In this document: positions 13,063 through 15,522 of the stretch, piece by piece
How the letters are laid out: every line of letters starts with the position of its first letter
Numbering within the stretch: position 1 is the stretch's first letter
Assembly: GCA_947626095.1 (NCBI GenBank)
Contig: CANQQV010000027.1
Span: 1-15,522 of the forward strand
DNA: 15,522 nt
DNA from: an uncultured Bacilli bacterium
Lineage (GTDB): Bacteria; Bacillota_I; Bacilli_A; RF39; UBA660
Direction of reading: 5' to 3'
Notes under the pieces: model-generated
Seen by the model: the letters and a program-made list of their open reading frames with translations, nothing else
Told to the model about the DNA's origin: nothing
The model's database searches: none
Translations under genes and position numbers: made by a program

Positions 13063-15213
13063 TTATTCCTCGCCTTCTCCAGTTGAATCTTGAACAACTA
13101 TATTATCCCCCTCTTTAGCTATTAAATCATGAATAATAATATCATTAGAAACATCTAATCTTTCTTCTGTATATTCTTTCAAATTACTAATATAATCTTC
13201 ATCTATTACTGGTGAAGTAGTAATATTACCTACTTTATTACTTTGATCCGTATTTCTTATCACATATTTACCAGAAGCATTATTAAAATATACTTTATTA
13301 GTTATAAAACTACCATTAGGGAATATTACAACATTATCATCTTTAATATCATATATATCATGACCTAAAGCATATTTATTTTCAAAATTCATCATATTAC
13401 CTAAAGTTGGTGTAATATCATACATTCCAATAACATTAGTATTTTCTCTTTTTATCTTCTTAGCTACTTTTTGATTCTTCGTCCATATAACTAAAGGAGT
13501 CTTCTTATTCATTTCATTAGCAAAGTTATCATAGTTAACATAGTTAGGATCTCCCTCTTCATATACTGTACCTGTTGTAACATCATAATTATAATAATAA
13601 CGATAATCATCTTTATTAATACGAGCATCATGATCACCATATAATACGAAAACTGTATTTTCATAATATGGACTATTTTCTACATATTCAAAGAATGTTC
13701 CTAATGCCATATCTGCATAATGGGCACTTCTTAAGTAATCACCTAGTTCTCTACCTTCTAAGTAGTCATCAGTAATTGTTTCAACTTCTCCCGTTTCAGG
13801 ATCAGTAACTGTATAAGTATTAGTTAAAACTAAACGCCCAAAATCATCATATCTTTCAGGATGTTTTTTAGCTTCTAGATTAGCATATGGTGAATGGTTA
13901 GATAATTGAATTAAAGTTCCCATATAATTAGTATGTTCTGTTTCAATCTTTTCTAATTTACTTTGTAATTGTCTAAAGAATTCTTCATCAGAAAGGCCTA
14001 ATCCAACCCAAGTTTTATCATTATAATCGCCACCAATATCAAATTGGTCTTTAAAAATCATTTCATCATAACCTAAACTAGGATGCATACGATATCTATT
14101 CCACATTGTAGCTCCATTACCATGAGCACTAAATGTATAATATCCTTTTTCTTTTAATAATTTAGGAATTGATACATAATCACGATCATAATAACTCATA
14201 AATGCTGTTCCACTACTAGCAGGCATCAATGAAGTATTTAAAGTAAACTCTGTATCACTACTAGTTCCAATACTTACTTGTGGATAGAAATTACTAAAAT
14301 ACATTCCTTCTTTAGTTAATTTATTTAAAGTAGGAGTTATTTCCACATCATTAATCTTTGTATCAACTAACCATTGTTGTATACTTTCCATATGAATAAA
14401 TATAACGTTCATACCTTCTAATATTCCCGTATATTTATTATCTTCATGAACATTCGCAAACTCTTTACCATAAAAATCTTTAAATTCTTTAGCAGCTTCA
14501 TCATAACCAAATAAAGAATTAATCTTTGGAATTAAACTTTGTACTAAGTCATTACCTTGATATAAAATAATCCCGAATCTTCTAACAACTAACTCTCTAT
14601 CCCATTGTTTAACTAATCTACTAGCATCAGTCCCTGTTATGTTAACTAATGTAAAAGCCAAACAAATCACTCCAACCAAGATCGTTGAAGTAAACATCTT
14701 TTTACTTTTTTCAATTTTAGTTACAAAATGATAATAACTACCATTCTTTAAACTTGTATGAATCATATAATATATAATAGGAAATATTACATATATAAAA
14801 TCAATAAACCTAAATTTTTCAATTAATGAATCTCCTACTTCTCCAACTAATCCTAATTCGGCAATTAAACTAAATGAAGCAAAAGAAGTATAAAAAACAT
14901 AATAAATTGAGTTAACTACACACATCGTCGTAATAATAATTAACCACGTAAAATAATAATTAAACTGTTTTTTCGGTTTAATAAAATAGCCAAACGATCC
15001 TATTATGATCAGCAAAGCTAAATCACAAATAAAAGGTTTATAATCACTTATATCACGATAAGTATAATTCCTTATAAGAACTGTATCTATTAAAGCAAAA
15101 ATAACAAAAGTTAAAAATAATCTATTAGTAGATAAGTATTTAGATATTTTTTTTCTTATAGACTTAAGAATATTAATAAATTTCTTCTTAATACTAGCAA
15201 ATTTTTTCTTCAA
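13063..15213 (-). CDS. ltaS: LtaS-family lipoteichoic acid synthase / phosphoglycerol transferase (sulfatase superfamily)
   Basis: It has a TTG start with SD AGAAGGGA and five N-terminal TMs. The extracellular domain contains NVIFIHMES, ITPTLNKL, FYPQVSIGTSSDTEF, AHGNGATMWNR, SNHSPY and YGDH, matching LtaS metal and substrate ligands. Confidence 0.88.
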   Translation of the reverse strand: MKKKFASIKKKFINILKSIRKKISKYLSTNRLFLTFVIFALIDTVLIRNYTYRDISDYKPFICDLALLIIIGSFGYFIKPKKQFNYYFTWLIIITTMCVVNSIYYVFYTSFASFSLIAELGLVGEVGDSLIEKFRFIDFIYVIFPIIYYMIHTSLKNGSYYHFVTKIEKSKKMFTSTILVGVICLAFTLVNITGTDASRLVKQWDRELVVRRFGIILYQGNDLVQSLIPKINSLFGYDEAAKEFKDFYGKEFANVHEDNKYTGILEGMNVIFIHMESIQQWLVDTKINDVEITPTLNKLTKEGMYFSNFYPQVSIGTSSDTEFTLNTSLMPASSGTAFMSYYDRDYVSIPKLLKEKGYYTFSAHGNGATMWNRYRMHPSLGYDEMIFKDQFDIGGDYNDKTWVGLGLSDEEFFRQLQSKLEKIETEHTNYMGTLIQLSNHSPYANLEAKKHPERYDDFGRLVLTNTYTVTDPETGEVETITDDYLEGRELGDYLRSAHYADMALGTFFEYVENSPYYENTVFVLYGDHDARINKDDYRYYYNYDVTTGTVYEEGDPNYVNYDNFANEMNKKTPLVIWTKNQKVAKKIKRENTNVIGMYDITPTLGNMMNFENKYALGHDIYDIKDDNVVIFPNGSFITNKVYFNNASGKYVIRNTDQSNKVGNITTSPVIDEDYISNLKEYTEERLDVSNDIIIHDLIAKEGDNIVVQDSTGEGEE

Positions 15214-15236
15214 GAATATCCCTTCTTACTTTTTTC

Positions 15237-15266
15237 ATTATACCATATATCGCAAAATTGTTTCAA
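15237..15266 (-). promoter_or_regulatory. Sigma-A-type promoter for ltaS
   Basis: The minus strand has TTGAAA (15266-15261), an 18-nt spacer and TATAAT (15242-15237), with an extended TG. Confidence 0.65.
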
Positions 15267-15298
15267 TATCTTGATTATTGGCATTTTGCAATTTATAC

Positions 15299-15327
15299 TT
15301 GCATTTTATTCTTAATAATGATATTAT
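15299..15327 (+). promoter_or_regulatory. Sigma-A-type promoter for tRNA-Gly
   Basis: TTGCAT (15299-15304), a 17-nt spacer and TATTAT (15322-15327), with an extended TG at 15319-15320. It diverges from the ltaS promoter. Confidence 0.6.
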
Positions 15328-15340
15328 AATTTTACGTGTT

Positions 15341-15415
15341 GCAGGTGTAGTACAACGGTTAGTATGCGACCTTGCCAAGGTTGAGATGGCGGTTCGATTC
15401 CGCTCACTTGCTCCA
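15341..15415 (+). tRNA. trnG: tRNA-Gly (GCC)
   Basis: The sequence folds as a cloverleaf: acceptor GCAGGTG/CACTTGC, D-arm GTAC/GTAT, anticodon arm CGACC-TTGCCAA-GGTTG (GCC at 15374-15376) and T-arm GGCGG-TTCGATT-CCGCT. The discriminator is T and the CCA is encoded. Confidence 0.97.
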
Positions 15416-15429
15416 TTGAGGTTTAAACT

Positions 15430-15464
15430 CGCACACTTCAATTTGAAGAGTGCGTTTTTCTTTT
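15430..15464 (+). terminator. Intrinsic terminator after tRNA-Gly
   Basis: The hairpin CGCACACTTCA-ATT-TGAAGAGTGCG has one mismatch and is followed by TTTTTCTTTT. Confidence 0.75.
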
Positions 15465-15522
15465 ATAAAATAAGTTCATAGTATTTGATATTATGGGCTT
15501 TTTCTTTTGTTAGGAGGTGAAA

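Noticed and set aside
15238-15481. Two 67-aa ORFs (15238-15441 minus, 15278-15481 plus)
   Set aside because: Both overlap tRNA-Gly and its promoter or terminator, so they are shadow ORFs of the more GC-rich tRNA.

Overview
This very AT-rich window comes from a low-GC Gram-positive (Bacillota) genome using genetic code 11. Its style suggests a small-genome gut Bacilli lineage such as RF39 or Erysipelotrichales, which is inference only. It holds a cell-envelope gene cluster between the 5' part of a pyruvate:ferredoxin oxidoreductase gene (left edge, missed by the ORF track) and tRNA-Gly(GCC) (right edge). The genes are: a membrane-anchored lysozyme/glucosaminidase-like protein with an internal domain duplication, a HAD phosphatase-GtrA fusion, TagO/WecA, a membrane-anchored cohesin-like protein, a secreted SH3b-GH73 peptidoglycan hydrolase with a C-terminal dockerin, a divergent LCP protein with a PASTA-like domain, a metallophosphoesterase, an unknown bitopic protein and an LtaS-family enzyme. 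The most striking element is the two-gene operon pairing a dockerin-bearing autolysin with a transmembrane cohesin-like protein. It is a candidate non-cellulosomal cohesin-dockerin system that tethers, and possibly positions, a cell-wall hydrolase. All domain calls come from reading motifs by eye; no database searches were run.
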